Positions 45,368 to 60,238 are shown, counted from the stretch's first letter. The stretch: 64,000 nt of DNA from a virus (IMGVR_UViG_3300031992_000028), one strand, 5' to 3'. Numbers and translations: made by a program. Notes: generated by a model not told the origin, from the letters alone.

Positions 45368-46690
45368 ATGGCAGAGCCTTTACAATTTTCTCAACAACGT
45401 AGATCTTTATTATCAAGCCAAGCAAGAGTGCAGGCACCATGAATTAAAGTAACAATTGGCGACTATACTTTTGGCGTTTTTTCACGTTGACTTACAAAAG
45501 AAAAAGATTCTCAAGGTTTCTATACTGCTTTTAATGTTACTTACCCAAATTATGTTCAATCTTTAAATATAGTAAAAATTAATGGTCAAGTTAATCAATA
45601 CACATTAAATATCTCTTACCCAATAAGACAAACTGATGACCCAAACTTTTTTGAAAAAGTATTTAGTAGTGTATCTAAAACACGTAAAATTATATTTAGT
45701 TATGGCGATGCTACTATGCCTACTTATATATACAAAGATGAAGAGGCTATTATTACCAATGTTTCACAATCTTTTGAATTAAAAAGCTCTGTAATAAATT
45801 ATACTATAAGCGCTGTTTCAGGTGCTGCCCTTGGAGCTTCTAGTTGTTTTACATTCATGGGCGGTGTTAAAAAACCAAGTGATGAAATAAAAAGAATTAT
45901 TATGAACCCACAATATGGTCTTCGTGATTTATTTACAGGTATTACAAGTAGTAATATCAATACTCTTATTGAAGGTGGAGACCAAATGGTTAGACTAAAG
46001 TCAAAAGTTAATATTTCTGCCTTAGACTACATTACTTATTTAGTAAGCTGTATGATACCAGCTGGTGCTGAAGTAGATAATCGTAGTAAAGATATTTATG
46101 TATTAACAATCTACGATGATACAACATATGATAGAATATATGCTGATAGAGAAGTTATTGAGGGAAAAGAAATTATTGGCCCATACTGCAGAGTAAAAAG
46201 AATGTCTTACGTGACAAAACAAAGTGATGCATATGAGCTAGATATTGGGTATAATAGTTCAACAATAGTAACAAACTTTCAGCTACAAAATAATGAAAAC
46301 TATTCTTTATTTTATGACTATAATAGAAAACTTAGCCCAGAAGCTTATGTAAGACGTCTTAATGATCAAGGTAAATGAGAAGATGTCTATGCTCCAACAA
46401 ATACGTCTAAAAACAATTCATTTGAAACCAACCCAGATGATATTACTTGGTGAACTAAAATTACAAAATACCCTGTAAGTGCTACAGTAACAATTCAGGG
46501 GCTACTTAGACCAGCAATGTTAATGACATATTTAAGATTAAATGTTATTTTCCCAGGCGGTCATAGACATATTAGCTCAGGACTATATTTAATTACAAAA
46601 CAAGTTGATACTATTGATGGTAGCGGCTACAGGACTCAATTATCTTTAACTAAAATTTCTGGCGATGAATCTGATTTAGGAGTTAAATAA
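45368..46690 (+). CDS. Baseplate hub protein (T4 gp27/Mu gp44-like), 440 aa with TGA=Trp
   Basis: C-terminal ATVTIQG...SGLYLITKQVDTIDGSGYRTQLSL; position before spike. Confidence 0.65.
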
Positions 46691-47838
46691 TGTTAACAAA
46701 AGGTGAAATTCAAAATATAGATTTTAATACAAATTCTTGTAATATAAGATTACCACTTTTTGAAACTGTTGGAGACAGCACAAAAGCTTTTGCAACAGCC
46801 TATTTTGCAATTACTCCAGGCTGCTATAATAGCTATAAAATTGGTGATGTTGTAATTGTTGGCTTTGATCGAGATTTAGTAGATAAACCTTATATTATAG
46901 GAAAATTATATACTGGACTTAATGATGAGCAAGCTGTTAATGATGGGTTCAGAGGAGCCATTAATTGTGAAAGCTTAGCAGTAAAAAATACTGTAATATT
47001 ACCAGAAACTACTCAAATTGTTAAAAATGTTTTAGTATTGGACTCAACTGATGATAAAAATAATATTACTACATTAGCCAATCTTATTAATACTGCTAAA
47101 GATAACTCAAATAAAATTGTTGATATTAATAATAAACTAGATACTTATCAACCAATAAATGATAATATCTCAGCAATTTCAGCTTTAAACACTGAAGGCT
47201 ATCTAAAACGAGCTACAGATGGAACCTGGTCTCTCATTCCTGGGTCTAGTGCATCTGATTATATTTCTAAATTTGGTGACACCATGCTTGGCACATTAAA
47301 ATTAGCCAATACAGACAATGCCCTAGAGCTGCCAAATAATGCAATGATTAAAACATCTATCAATGATGGGCTACGCACTGTTTATGGGTATGATGCTAAT
47401 ACTAATACTTTTATTATCAGCTCACAATACGCAAAAACAAATATTAGAGGCATTGATACAAGACCTACTTATAATGGAGCAGAGCTTGCTCTTAAGTCTG
47501 ATACTGGAATATCCCCAAATCTAATTACTACAGGCACCTTTAATTCCGATGGTTATTTTAATTTAGATTTGTCACAAATACAATTATCTGATGGCCTTTA
47601 CTTTTTTACATATGGCAATGTTCAAACATTTGTTTGGCTTACAGCACAAATGATTGCTGCATCTGGACGATACCCAATTCGTGCCCCAATCGCAGTTATT
47701 TATAATGAGAATGGCTCTGCACAACCAGGCTTTCTAAGAATGAGCTTAACAGCCTCAACTAGTTTACAAATTAAAGTAGCAAATGAAGCACATACAGTTT
47801 TTCCTGACTATGAAATGAAAATTTACAGGGCTTTATAA
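46690..47838 (+). CDS. Baseplate central spike (gp5/gpV OB-fold N-terminus)
   Basis: YKIGDVVIVGFDRDLVDKPYIIGKL motif. Confidence 0.65.
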   Translation: MLTKGEIQNIDFNTNSCNIRLPLFETVGDSTKAFATAYFAITPGCYNSYKIGDVVIVGFDRDLVDKPYIIGKLYTGLNDEQAVNDGFRGAINCESLAVKNTVILPETTQIVKNVLVLDSTDDKNNITTLANLINTAKDNSNKIVDINNKLDTYQPINDNISAISALNTEGYLKRATDGTWSLIPGSSASDYISKFGDTMLGTLKLANTDNALELPNNAMIKTSINDGLRTVYGYDANTNTFIISSQYAKTNIRGIDTRPTYNGAELALKSDTGISPNLITTGTFNSDGYFNLDLSQIQLSDGLYFFTYGNVQTFVWLTAQMIAASGRYPIRAPIAVIYNENGSAQPGFLRMSLTASTSLQIKVANEAHTVFPDYEMKIYRAL

Positions 47839-47882
47839 TATAAAATAAATTTAATAAATATTTAATAAAAAAAGATAAAAAT

Positions 47883-47897
47883 TGCTAAATTATATGA
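47883..47897 (+). promoter_or_regulatory. Putative late promoter TGCTAAATTATATGA
   Basis: Recurrent motif. Confidence 0.7.
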
Positions 47898-47912
47898 TTG
47901 TGAGGTTAAATA

Positions 47913-48305
47913 ATGCGCTCAATTAAATTCCCTAATATGTTTAATACAAACAGCACAAATGTTTGGAAAGAAAATGAGTATAATGAAGCTACCACTCAAA
48001 ATACTATTTTAGTTTTGCATAGTGAACGTGGTGAGCTTTTTTCTGATCCATATTTTGGTTTATTAATTAAGCATTATATGTTTGACCAAAATAATTATGT
48101 GCTTCGTGACGCTATTGCTGATATGGTTTATAACCAGCTAGCAATATTTATTCCACAAGTTCATGTTGAGCGCAAAGATATTAAAATTGTTCAAAACAAA
48201 CAAAAAGGTTTATTATACTGCGCTTTCCACGGCACCAATCAAATTGACTTTCAAACTAACGTATATAATTTAATCTTATTTGAAAATACTGAAGCAATAC
48301 AATAA
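47913..48305 (+). CDS. Baseplate wedge subunit, gp25-like
   Basis: SERGELFSDPYFG..I..YMFDQ; FIPQV. Confidence 0.8.
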   Translation: MRSIKFPNMFNTNSTNVWKENEYNEATTQNTILVLHSERGELFSDPYFGLLIKHYMFDQNNYVLRDAIADMVYNQLAIFIPQVHVERKDIKIVQNKQKGLLYCAFHGTNQIDFQTNVYNLILFENTEAIQ

Positions 48306-48319
48306 GGAGACTTTGATAA

Positions 48320-51300
48320 ATGATTACAGAAAAAGATTTAGAAATAGCAAGACTCTCTCCAACTAAGAAAGATTTTTATCAACTTTGGAATGAGCTTTTA
48401 GATACAGCTGGAAAAATCAGCGACCGCTGGGACCCAACATCTACAAATGAAAGTGATCCTGGTATTGTTTTACTCAAAGTTTTAACTGGTATTGCCGATA
48501 AATTAAATTATAATATTGATAAAAATATTCTTGAAGCATTTATGCCAAGTGCTACACAACAGGAGTCAATGAGAAAACTCTGCGAGCTTGTTGGCTATAA
48601 TATTAAATACTATCAATCAGCTGAAACTCAAGTTACTATTGGCTGGACTGGAAAAATAGATAATAGTAATTTTAAAGTAGAAGATGAGACTTTACCTATT
48701 ATTTATATTCCAATGTTTTCTAAAATTAAAGATAATGATGAAGAAATTATATATACAACTACAGAAGAGTGTCAAATTACCGGTAATATTCCAACAACCA
48801 AAGTTGCTTGCATTGAGGGCCAAGTTGTTCAATGTTCCCCAGATACTGATTATATTATCTCTCTTGACAATTTAGATGACAATAATAGATATTATTTGCC
48901 AGAAGCTCAAATTGCTGAAAATGGTCTTTTTATCTATACTGTTAATGATGGTAGTTATCTTAAAAATAAATGAACAAAAGTTGATAATTTAAATGCACAA
49001 GCTACAGGAAGCTTAGTCTATAAGTTTGGCTTCGATTCTCAAAATGGTTTACCGTATGTTCAATTCCCAGCAGATATTAGTGCTTTAATTGAAGACGGCC
49101 TTTATATTTGATATACACGTACTCTTGGGGTTAATGGAAATGTTTCAGCTAGAACTTTAGTTAATTTAGAAATTGCTGATTATGATGGTGCTCCAGAAAA
49201 TCTAGCAAGCTTTAAACCATATGTCAGTGTTAATAATGAAAATGCTGCTATGAATGGCACAAACATTGAGACTATTACACAAGCATATAATAACTTTAAA
49301 AAAACAGTTGGTACTTTTGATACATTAGTTACTTGTAGAGACTATATGAATAAAATATATCAATTATATGACGATATGAATATTCCATTAGTTTCTAATA
49401 TTATTGTTAGTGATATTCGTGATGATATTAACAAAGCCGTTACTCTTTGCACTTTTGACCAATATGGAATTAAGTATGCTGATACTAAGCTAACTACAGG
49501 AACTGGAACTGACAAAAAGGATCGAATTACAAACTTTGACCTTATTTTATACCCATTTACAACTGTATATGGCTTAAACAATAAAACAGAATATACTAAT
49601 TCATTTAAGTATTCGTCAGCTAATTTTGACGCTATTAAACGTGGTATTGCCACACTTAAAACTATTTCACACAACTTAGTGCTACCTGGTACAGACAGTA
49701 CTTCTATAGATGAAATTGTTTGCGTTAAAAATTATTTTAAAATTAATGCCAAAATTACTACTACAACAAAAGTAAATGCAATTGAAGAGGCGTATATTTT
49801 AGACAATATCTATAAAAATCTTTATAAAACTTTTAATATGCGTGAGCTTGATTTTGGTGAAAATATTCCATTTGATTCAATTCTAGAGTGTATAGAAGAG
49901 GCTGATACCAGAATTAAAAACGTATCTATGGAAGAGCCAGAGATAGAAACAAGAATTTGTCTAGCTAATAGTATTAATGATGAAATTAAAGTTACCGATA
50001 ATCGTTGAACTACATACTATTCAAAACTTATTGCAAGAAATATTTTAGCAGGAAAAATTGCATTATTAGACTATAATGAATCATTTAAACCTGAAATAAC
50101 TGAAGAAAACTATGGTGAAGGTTTAAACCCACAATATAATACAATAACTAAAATATCTCCAAAATGTGAAATTATATCTAGCGCAGCTGGTAAAATAAAT
50201 AGCACGCAGCTTTACAAAAATGAAATTGTTCAATTCAGAGCTCCTAATTTTAAGACAACTGTAACATACCCTGCCTATGTCAATTATTTTGCACATTTTA
50301 ACTCTTCTGATGACCAGACTAGTGGTGGACAAAATACACAAGATGCAGTAGCCGCCACAATGATGACATTAAAAACATTTATGGCATCACACTGGAGTGA
50401 ATTAGTTGGAGACCTTAGTGGCAAGGCTAATGCTGAGAAAAAAGCTTTAGTAAGCAAAGCTGTTACTTTAACTAATGTTACAAGTGACAATTTTAATGAG
50501 CTTAAAACTGCCTATGGCTGCTTATTTAATGGCTCCGGCACAGGTGATAATTTTAAATTTGATAGTATTGCTAGTGGCTATACACAAGGAGCAACTTACT
50601 ATTGTTTACCAGTTACTGAAAATAGTTTTATGCAATGGCATAATTATATAAAAAGTAGCCCACATTATAATGGTTTATATTGGCGTCTTAATATGGACTT
50701 ATCTAGACCTATAGGAAAACTTGTTGATGAAAGCCATTGAAAATATAGACTATCTCTACAACCACAAACTGTATTAGAAACACAGTCTTTAGATAAATAT
50801 TATATTCAAGATGTTACTGCTGACCCTGCTGGTACACCTGAGGCTGATAAGACATATGGTGTTGGCAGAGATGCATCTAATGTAAATGTAAAAAGTGGTG
50901 TAGAATATAAACTTCAAGATGGTGAATATATTTTAATTAATTATACCCAAGCTGCAGATGAAGCAAGTGGTAAAGCCGAAAAGATTATAAATGAAGTTTT
51001 AAAAGCAGGCGATATAATTAAGCCAAATTTTGACTTAGTTGATTCTGACAAGTGGGCTGAAACTCATACATATGCTAAAACAACTCAAGGAAGCTTTGGT
51101 CCATGACCAAACTATAATACTCCAGCTGGCATGTTTACACTTGGTCCTAATGAACAAATTGAGCAAAGAAAGCCTGTAAAAGTAGAGTTAAAGTCTGATT
51201 CTCTTAAAAATATTTATGTCTATTGGAATTTAAATAATGTAGAACAAAATCAAAAATTCCCAACAACTGGTAGTAATGGTTATACACTGCAAGATGGTGA

Positions 51301-52966
51301 ATATTTTTACTACACAGATGAGAATAAATTAGAAATGTCTTATTTTGGTAGCGGCACAAATATTAAAGTTTCTGGTATTACCTTAGTTAAATCAGATAAT
51401 AGTGTTGGAGTAACTGCTGAAGATATTTTAGATAACGGTATTACTGCAATACCTTGGGTAACTGCACCAATTGATAAAGATACTAGAACAATTATTATTG
51501 CTGAATATCAATATATTACAATTGCAGAAGGTGATGCTATTATTGAAGCTAGCTTAGCAGTTTCAGGAGAAACTGATATTGGAGATAGCTGAGTTAAAGT
51601 TTCCTCTGCAAGATATCGATTAGCTGGTGAAGATCACGATTTACCACAAATTGCTGCTGGTGATGATGCAAAATGAGAAATTCATAGTAAATTATTAATA
51701 AATGCTGGGCCAGCTCAAACACAGACTCTTAAGCAGCCACGTGATCAAATTGATATTACATACAATAACGGAAGCACTGAAACACTTGCACCTACAAGTG
51801 CTGACAAACCGCTATCATTTAAGACAAACCTACCTTGCCAAATTGTAAATGATACTATAGATATTAATAGTAATTTAAACTTATCTATTAAGCTTTTTGC
51901 TGAAAAGTTACCACAAATTCATTATTATGATAAAACAAGTCAGTCATGAAAAGATGCACTTATTCCGTTAAATAATTTTGGTAAAAAATGAACAAAAATA
52001 AATTATAATAGTATTGATGCAATTAAAGCGCAAACAAAGGAATATGATGCTACAATTGACCTTGCTACAACTATTGATACAAATCAATTTGGCATACTTA
52101 TGTTTTATTATATAAAAAATATGGACAGCCAAGAAAAAGAAGGAACAACCACTGATAAAAATGGCTACCTTGAGTTTGAAAGTGCTGAAACAGGTAATAA
52201 TAGCCCTGCTATTTATAACTATCGTGGCAATAGTGGAGGAAGCAATGCAGACAAGTGGTGAGACAATTTAGCAGAAGATCCTACTGCATGTGAAGCCTCT
52301 CCAACTGAGGACACTACTGTTGATGAAGAAAAAACTTATTATACTAAATCTGAAACGAGCGGTGGAACTCCTGGCTATCTTGTAGATGCTAATGGCTATA
52401 GCTATACTGCTGTTGAAAGTCCAACTGGAAATCCAACAGAAGCAGGTTATTATGAGGTTACAAAGGTTGGTCATAATAATACCCAATACTTCTTAAAGCC
52501 TGGTATTAACTGTGTTAGAATTCCAAGTAATTATACAAAAATTATTATTCACAAAAATACCAATCAAACCACTGCTGGTGATGTTGTAGTAGTAAGTCAG
52601 CTAGATGTTGTAAATTGCTCTACAAATAACCCTGATGGTGTTAATTATGAGCTACTTGGCTTACGCTGTGATAAAGCAGCTGGTAGCGACCCTACTGTAG
52701 ACCCTGCAATAACTGATGTAGCAGATTTATTAGAGCTTTTAAGAAATTTAGATGAAGAGCATATATTCTACTATAACTGCCAAATTGACAATAGTAGTGC
52801 TATTGATCTTAATACAACTAAACGAGATGGAAAATATATTGAAACATTAAAATCACCAATTGCATGATTTGATTATAATAATGTTAATAATAAATTTGTC
52901 ATTTCTGAAATAGATGCAGATTATCTTGAACACGGTATTACATTAACAAGGTCATCAAGACTATAA
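48320..52966 (+). CDS. Large baseplate wedge protein, gp6/baseplate J-like (1548 aa with TGA=Trp)
   Basis: NESDPGIVLL..EAFMPSATQQES...LVGY; TLVTCRDY; one frame to TAA 52964-52966. Confidence 0.8.
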
Positions 52967-52980
52967 TTAAGGGGAAAAGT

Positions 52981-53793
52981 ATGATTAAATTAACTGAACT
53001 AACTCCTAATATTTATAATGATGCCTCAAGAGACTTCCAATTTATTGGGCATCTTTATGATACTGTTTTGAACTATATAAAAACAAACAGTGATTTAATT
53101 TACAATATTCCATTATCTGACAATAGTGACACTAGATTAGTTGAATTAATGGCAACTACTCTTGGGTTTAAATCTAGACATAAATACAATGTTAAACAAT
53201 TGGTTGCTCTTTGTAGTGTATTCTCAACTATTATTAGACAAAAAGGAACCCTAAATGCAATTGATACTGCAGGCAAAGCATTATTGACCGCTGAAGGTAT
53301 TACTGAAGATATTTTCGTAGAGCTCGACCCAGAAGATAGGTCTAACTTAACTATTAGCATCTTTGTTCCACAAGAGTTAACTGATCTTAATTTATTAAAA
53401 GATTTACTTCTTTATGTTTTACCTGCCGGCTGTAGTTGTAATATTGTTAGAGAATTAAGACAAGCTACTACTGCAGAAGTAAAAATTGGCATTACACAAA
53501 AAGCAAATATTTATCAAAGTGATAATAGCATTTGAAGAGAAGGAGACGATTTCAATGCTATTTATGCTGGAGATATTTCAATTGTGCCAGAAATGAATCC
53601 TAATCTTACTGATGCATATGCAAAAGGCACACCAGGTATCTTTATTAATAGTACAATAGTTAGACCAGGTGAACGTGTAACATCACAAGCTGGCACATTA
53701 TCACTACAAAATACAGATAATCAAAATACAGACAATCAAAATACTGAAGAAGATATCACTGAACCTACAGATGAAAATAATGGAGGCAATTAA
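52981..53793 (+). CDS. Baseplate wedge protein (tail protein I/gp7-like), 270 aa
   Basis: SRDFQFI, LMATTLGF, RQKGTL.AI, VLPAG; one TGA at 53533-53535. Confidence 0.65.
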
Positions 53794-53794
53794 A

Positions 53795-54490
53795 ATGAGT
53801 AAAAAAGTCACCAAAAAAGTTGAAGAAGAAATAACTGAAACTACTACAGAGCAAGAAAAAAAGCCTAAAAATAATATAAATATTGGGTATGCTGGTACAG
53901 TTAGTATTTCAGTAGTAGATGGTAATAATAATACAATTATAACTAAAAAGCACCATAATGAAGGCAGCAAACGCTTATTTAAATATATTTGTGAGTGCCT
54001 TGCTGCTAATACCTCTGTTATTGCCACAAATCAGCCAACCAAAGTATGTTTAATTGATATTTTAAATAATACTCCTGTTGGAGACATTAAAAATAGTTTT
54101 AATGAGGGTAATGCAGGATATTCTAGCCAATTTAGAGCTATCACTAACCCAATTGCTATCTATGGCCCAATTATACCAGATAAAGTAGAATGTAACGCTG
54201 CTTCCCAGCTAACTCCGCATAAAGCTACTCTACATTTTAGAATTCCTTATACCTATATTACTGGCACCGAATTCTGCGGTCTTGTTTTATTACCTGCCAG
54301 CAAAGAAGATACTAATAACTTAACTACTGACTGATATGCATACTATCTTTTAACACAAATAGAGCTTGACAGCGAGGTCTGAACGCCAATTCCTATTTCT
54401 GGTCAACAAAATTATAACTTGATTATTGACTGGGAGCTTTCTGTTGCAAATAATACTAGCAGCAATATAGATAGTAATATCAATAATTAA
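53795..54490 (+). CDS. Hypothetical baseplate/tail protein (231 aa with TGA=Trp)
   Basis: GGAGG RBS; read-through to TAA 54488-54490; C-terminal LIIDWEL. Confidence 0.6.
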
Positions 54491-54503
54491 TGGAGGATAG
54501 TTT

Positions 54504-55862
54504 ATGGCTGCTGTAACATGATTAACAAAAAATAATAGAAATTATATATCAAGTAGTAATATTTTCATTTACCCAAGTGCCTACAGGGACCCAACAATTG
54601 ACTTTAAGGCAAGAGTAAGTCTTGAAGAAAATTTTGTTGTACAAAGCCGTCAATTAAATAGAGACTACATTATAAAATGGGCTGGCACTGACCTTACCTG
54701 TATTCTTGGTGGCTACTTAATTAAAATAAATGGTGTTTCAGCTGCTGATGTCCAAGATAAACGTTGATTAAACATTAAAGTTAATTTGACTGGGCTGGCT
54801 GGTGTTGAAAATACTTATGTAATTAAAAACTGAGACTGAGAGCTCCCTGACGGCGTTATTTTAGACCGAACAGAAACTCCTAAATCTACTCCATCTTATT
54901 TTATTGGAGCTGTTTTTACAGCAACCAGAGAAAAAGGCGCATCTTTTGCAATAGATTTACTTAATGACCAATCTTATTACCCAGTTGGTCATGGACAAGT
55001 TTTAAACGCTAAAGCAAATACACCAACTAATATACTATCTAATCTAATTGATCATAATGAATATTCTATTAGTAATTTGTATCAAAATAGCTCTAACTTA
55101 TGGGTTCCAAATAATCTAAATACTAGCCCAGGTTACTTATTTGCTTTTGGTAAAGAAAATATAATCAATAGCACAGCAGGCGAATCTGATACAACTGCTA
55201 ACTACACATTTATTTTTGGAGCCAATAATAGCACAACTAAAAAATATACTACTTTAATTGGCAATAATTTAAAAAATGAAACTGCTGATTATAAAGTAGC
55301 ACTTGGTAAGTTTAATAATGATACTACTAACAATATTTTTGAAATTGGCTATGGTGGAGATGATGAAACTCGAAATAATTTATTTGAAGTAAGTAATTCT
55401 GGTGATATAGCTATTTATAATACAGCTGTTATTAATGGAGAGGGTTTAACTGACGTTGTCTCTGAAAATGGCCTAGAAATTACATATGGCAGGCTATATG
55501 TAAAAAATGGCCAAGGTTATTTTGGTGCAGCACTTACTGTTAATGAGGGAGGCCTCATAGTTAATGCTGGTGGTGCAGATATTACCGGCACAACTACTAT
55601 TGATGCTACTGGTGAAAATCAGGTAGTCTCTATTTCTGGCACAACTGGAATTACTGGTAATACTACAGTAACAGGCAATTTAACTATAGAGAGTGATAGT
55701 GACAATACTGGCTTTTTATCAGTTGCAAAAACTGCACACATCAAAGGTATAGTCTCTATTGATGCAAATAGATTAAAATTATATAAATCTGATTCTGCTA
55801 CATATCAGACTACTTTTGAATATGATACAGACCATCATTGCTTAAAAATTAAAGTTAGCTAA
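54504..55862 (+). CDS. Tail fibre/spike protein 1 (452 aa with TGA=Trp)
   Basis: N-terminus shared with the 60363 fibre (YPSAYR vs FPCAYR); beta-repeat G/T-rich body; GGAGG RBS. Confidence 0.65.
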
Positions 55863-55876
55863 AAGGCAAATAAATA

Positions 55877-58800
55877 ATGAGTTTAATATTTTGATTTCCA
55901 TTAAATAATAATATAAATAATCAGGCAACTGGTAATTTTTCTGTTGTAACAAAATCAGCCCCAGAATATGCCAATGGTAAGGTCACCTACAATGCATTTA
56001 ATGGAAAAGGAAATAACTATATTAGAATAAATAATCCACTTATTGGATTAGACTCTTGAACAATTGCATTTTGGTTTAATAAAAATAGTTCTGCAACTTG
56101 AAGCGACCTTATTTCATTTACAGGTGATGCACAAAGACTTGAATATACTATAGCCGGGCTATATTGATATAATGGGGCAGCTGGTGTAAGTGCAGACCAC
56201 CCATTTAGAGCACCAAGAGAGACATTTGGTAAATTTTGGCCAAGTGCTAGTATTATTACTAATATTACTAATAATAAATGGTACCATATTACACTAGTTT
56301 TTAATAATAATACAAGTAAAATTTATCTTCATAATGAAAATGGTGAATTAATTACTGCGCAAACAAAAGAAAATACTAAAAAATTTATTCATGAAACAGA
56401 AACTACTGATCCTAACTTTGTTGATAAAATTTATTTTAATTGTAGAGTTATTCCAAGCGCCTCTTATACATGAAGCACCGGTAATTATACAGCTTCTATA
56501 TTAAATGATATTCGTATTTATGATGAAGCATTAAGTGAATATGAAATTAAAGAATTAAGTAAAGGTTTGTGTGTTCATTATTCTTTTGATGAATATTTAA
56601 CCACAACAACATTGCTCCCAAAATATATTAATGTTAATACATATCTAGGTAATGATTTTACAATTGATTCAAATGGAGACCTTATCAATCAAAATACTGA
56701 TACAGCTAGCACATTTGCGATTCAATTTCAAGCACTTAATAGTGCTGGTGATCATCGTAACTTATCTGGTGGGTTAGCACTAACAGAAACAGATGAAGAT
56801 TACAGCTTTAAATTTACTATTCCAACAGACTGCATTAAAATGAGAATAAAGCATAATGGGGAAAATAGTGACTTAAACATTATTAGTCCAAATATGCCAG
56901 TAACTGGAAATAAAAGCTATGCAGTTTCATTCAAGCTTATAAATAATAATCCACAAAGCGTAAATGGAATTCGTATAAGAAATTTTAAAATAGTAGAATT
57001 ACCAGATATTTATGATGCAAGTGGTTATAAACATAATGCCATTGTAAAATTAAATACAAATGCTGAGACTGCTATCTACACACATGCACGCCCTGAGCTT
57101 GATTCTATAACAAATGCACCTGTTTGTGTTGAAGATATCTCTCCTTATATTTTTAAAAATACTTTAAAACTAGCAGATTTTAAGACAGACACTTTTTGTT
57201 ACTTAAAATTATCAATTGTTCCATCTTTTATTAATTCTGGTACTGTAAGTATTTGATATAAGGCTACGACTCCTAATCAATCATTTATTTTAACAGACTG
57301 TAATAATAATGCCGGCTGGCTCTTTGCAAGCTCAAATCTTGGCAGTAGTAGAAATAGTGGAGCTACATATACAAAATTATATATTGATGGTAAATTAATT
57401 GAAAATGATACTAGTACTGACCAAACTCCAACAGATACAAATTGGCATCACTATTGTGTAACTGGTGTAGATTTAACTAGCTGCACATCTTTACAACTTT
57501 CAGCACGAGACAGCGCTTGAACCTATAAAGGAAATATTGCAGACTATAGAATTTATAGTACGGCATTGTCTACAGATGATGTTTTAGATTTATATAATAA
57601 TTCTATTATAATAGATAATAATCAACAAGTATTTTTAACTAATATTACTGAAACATCAGATTTATCTACTCAACTTCAAATCAGTAAAAAACACATAAAA
57701 ACACCGGAAATTATTGAAGGTAGACCAGAGAATTATGATAATCTATATAGACCGGCTGAATATATAGAAGCTACCGGAACACAATATATAAAAACAGATG
57801 TTATTGGTCAAGCTATTTGAGAATATGATATAGAATATGATCCAAATCATATTACACAAAGACAATTAATGGGACACGGTGGGTCAGGCGGTGAGTACTG
57901 AGGAATCACAAATGGAAAATGGGGTAAAGCTACTTGACAAACTTCTGATGTTCCAGTTAATAGAGAAAGAGTTATTTATAGAGTTAATAACTATTCTACT
58001 GCTATTCAAAATGGTGGGAATGTATATGTAAATGATACATATATTTATAATAATGGCTATGATGCTGTATCAGAACAAAAACAAGCAAATATTTTTAATA
58101 TAGGTAATAGCTTTTATAATTATTGTAAATTATATGGCTGTAAAGTTTATACTATAGACAATACATTAATAAGAAACTTTATCCCAGTAATTAGAATATT
58201 TGATAATAAACCAGGACTATATGATTTAATTGGACATAAATTTTATTTTAATCAAGGCACTGGTGAATTTCTAGCTGATGGCATTCCGACTGAATATAGC
58301 CATGTTGAATGCATTGAAAGCGATGGAAATCAATATATTGATACTGGCTATGGCAATGGCAATGGTTTTTATGCTGAAATAGATTTTAAACTAAAAGTAC
58401 TCCCACCTGAAATTACCGGTGGATCTTATGGTTATGTTATAGGCTGTCACAATCTCACAGACCCATATGGAAGAAATGGGTTCCAACCATATTACCTAGA
58501 CAGTGAGGGTTTTACTTGGCAGCTTGGACACGGCGATAGCTATAATCGTGCTGGTGTTCCACAAGCTAATGTCAGATATTTAGCAAAGGTTAATACTAAA
58601 AATACTGATGGTTATTTAAAAATAAATGATGCGCTTATTTTAACTGATTCTGACTCAGCAACACTATCATCAAGTAATATTTGGTTATTCACAGACCAAT
58701 ATGACTGACAATCTCGTGTTGCACAACGTATGTTTCTATATGGCTGTAAAATTTATAATATCGATGAAACAACATTAGTAAGAGACCTTGTGCCTGTTGT

Positions 58801-59551
58801 TAGACTTTATGATAATAAGCCTGGTTTATATGATAGAGTATATAATGTATTTTATACAAATCAAGGAACAGGTGACTTTACTTATTTAGATAATAGACTA
58901 AATTATATAACTGCAGAATATATTGAAAGCGACGGAAATCAATATATTGATACTGGTATTACCTGAGAAGCAAATAAAGCATTAGCATATGAGCTAACTC
59001 AACAATTTACTATAGCAACTGAAGATGTAGGATCTGGGCACCACAGATGCTTATTTGGAGAAACTGCTTCAGGAAACTTTAAAGTTGGAACAGCAGAAAC
59101 ATCTACTAAGGGAACTGAGACAGGCCACATATGTAAGGCAGTTTGGCCGGCAGCTGCAACAGTGACATCTCCAGCAACAGTTTCATATTATTTTGATAAT
59201 ATCTTAATTGGCGAAAATTATTATGAAGATGGCCATTATGATACTAGACCATATTTTCTATTTGCATGTCCAAGTTGGTCTGGAGATAATACTGGAAGAC
59301 CGCCTGCTTATTTTAGTACCACTAGAGTTTATGGGGCAAAGTTTTATAGAGACAGTACATTAGTTAGAGACTTTGTTCCAGTAATTAGAAAAATAGATAA
59401 TAAACCTGGCCTTTACGATAATATAGAGCACAAATTTTATGTTAATCAAGGCACGGGCAACTTTACTGCAATACCTAAAAAAGCATTGCCACTGGAAGAA
59501 ATACAAATATATGAAAATAAAACTTTAGTAAATAAGATTGGAGAAATGTAA
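55877..59551 (+). CDS. LamG/concanavalin-like receptor-binding protein with three C-terminal repeats (1224 aa with TGA=Trp)
   Basis: WTIAFWF, WYHI, NDIRIYDEALS and WHHY..DYRIYSTALS; 3x EYIE..G.QYI.T...RDFVPV.R..DNKPGLYD...FY.NQGTG.F. Confidence 0.75.
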
Positions 59552-59552
59552 T

Positions 59553-60224
59553 ATGGCACAACTAAATTCAACAATTATTAATGGAAATCTAGCAGTTGCT
59601 GAAGATGTAGCTATTGGTGGAAATCTTGTACTTGATAACAACTTAAGAGTCCCAGGAACAACAACAGTAACTGATTCTATTTTAATTTCTAAGACACTTG
59701 ATGCAGCAATCAATATTGGAATTGCTGTTAACCAAGATAATGACAATTACTTTTTACGTTGTAAAAATGGCGGGGTTGGAAAATTTTCAGTTGGAACTAC
59801 TGGGAATTTTTGAGCTGCTGGTACTGGCTCAATAAGTGGTAATATTGTAGTTACTGGAAATGCCAAAATTGGTGGAAGTAGTGGTGCAACTTTAAGCTAT
59901 GACTCATCAAAATCAAATCTTGAATCAAATAAGCAAATTAAGGCTCCATCATTTTATGCCACATCAGATATGCGCTTAAAAGAAAATATCATTGTGTATA
60001 AGCCAGAAAAATCAATCTTAGACTTGCCTATTTATAAATTTGATTTTATTGATGGACCTAAAAATAAAATTGGCTGTCTAGCTCAAGACTTACAAGAAAT
60101 ATGCCCAGAAATTGTGCAGGAAAGCAGTGATGGGTATCTAAGTATTGAAGAAAGCAAAATTGTATATTTACTGTTAGATGAAGTCAAAAAATTAAAAGCT
60201 GAGGTTGAAGCACTTAAAAAATAA
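59553..60224 (+). CDS. Tail fibre-type protein with C-terminal intramolecular chaperone (peptidase S74) domain, 223 aa
   Basis: ATSDMRLKENI, IGCLAQDLQEICPEIV; one TGA at 59811-59813. Confidence 0.8.
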
Positions 60225-60238
60225 TTAAAAATAAATAT

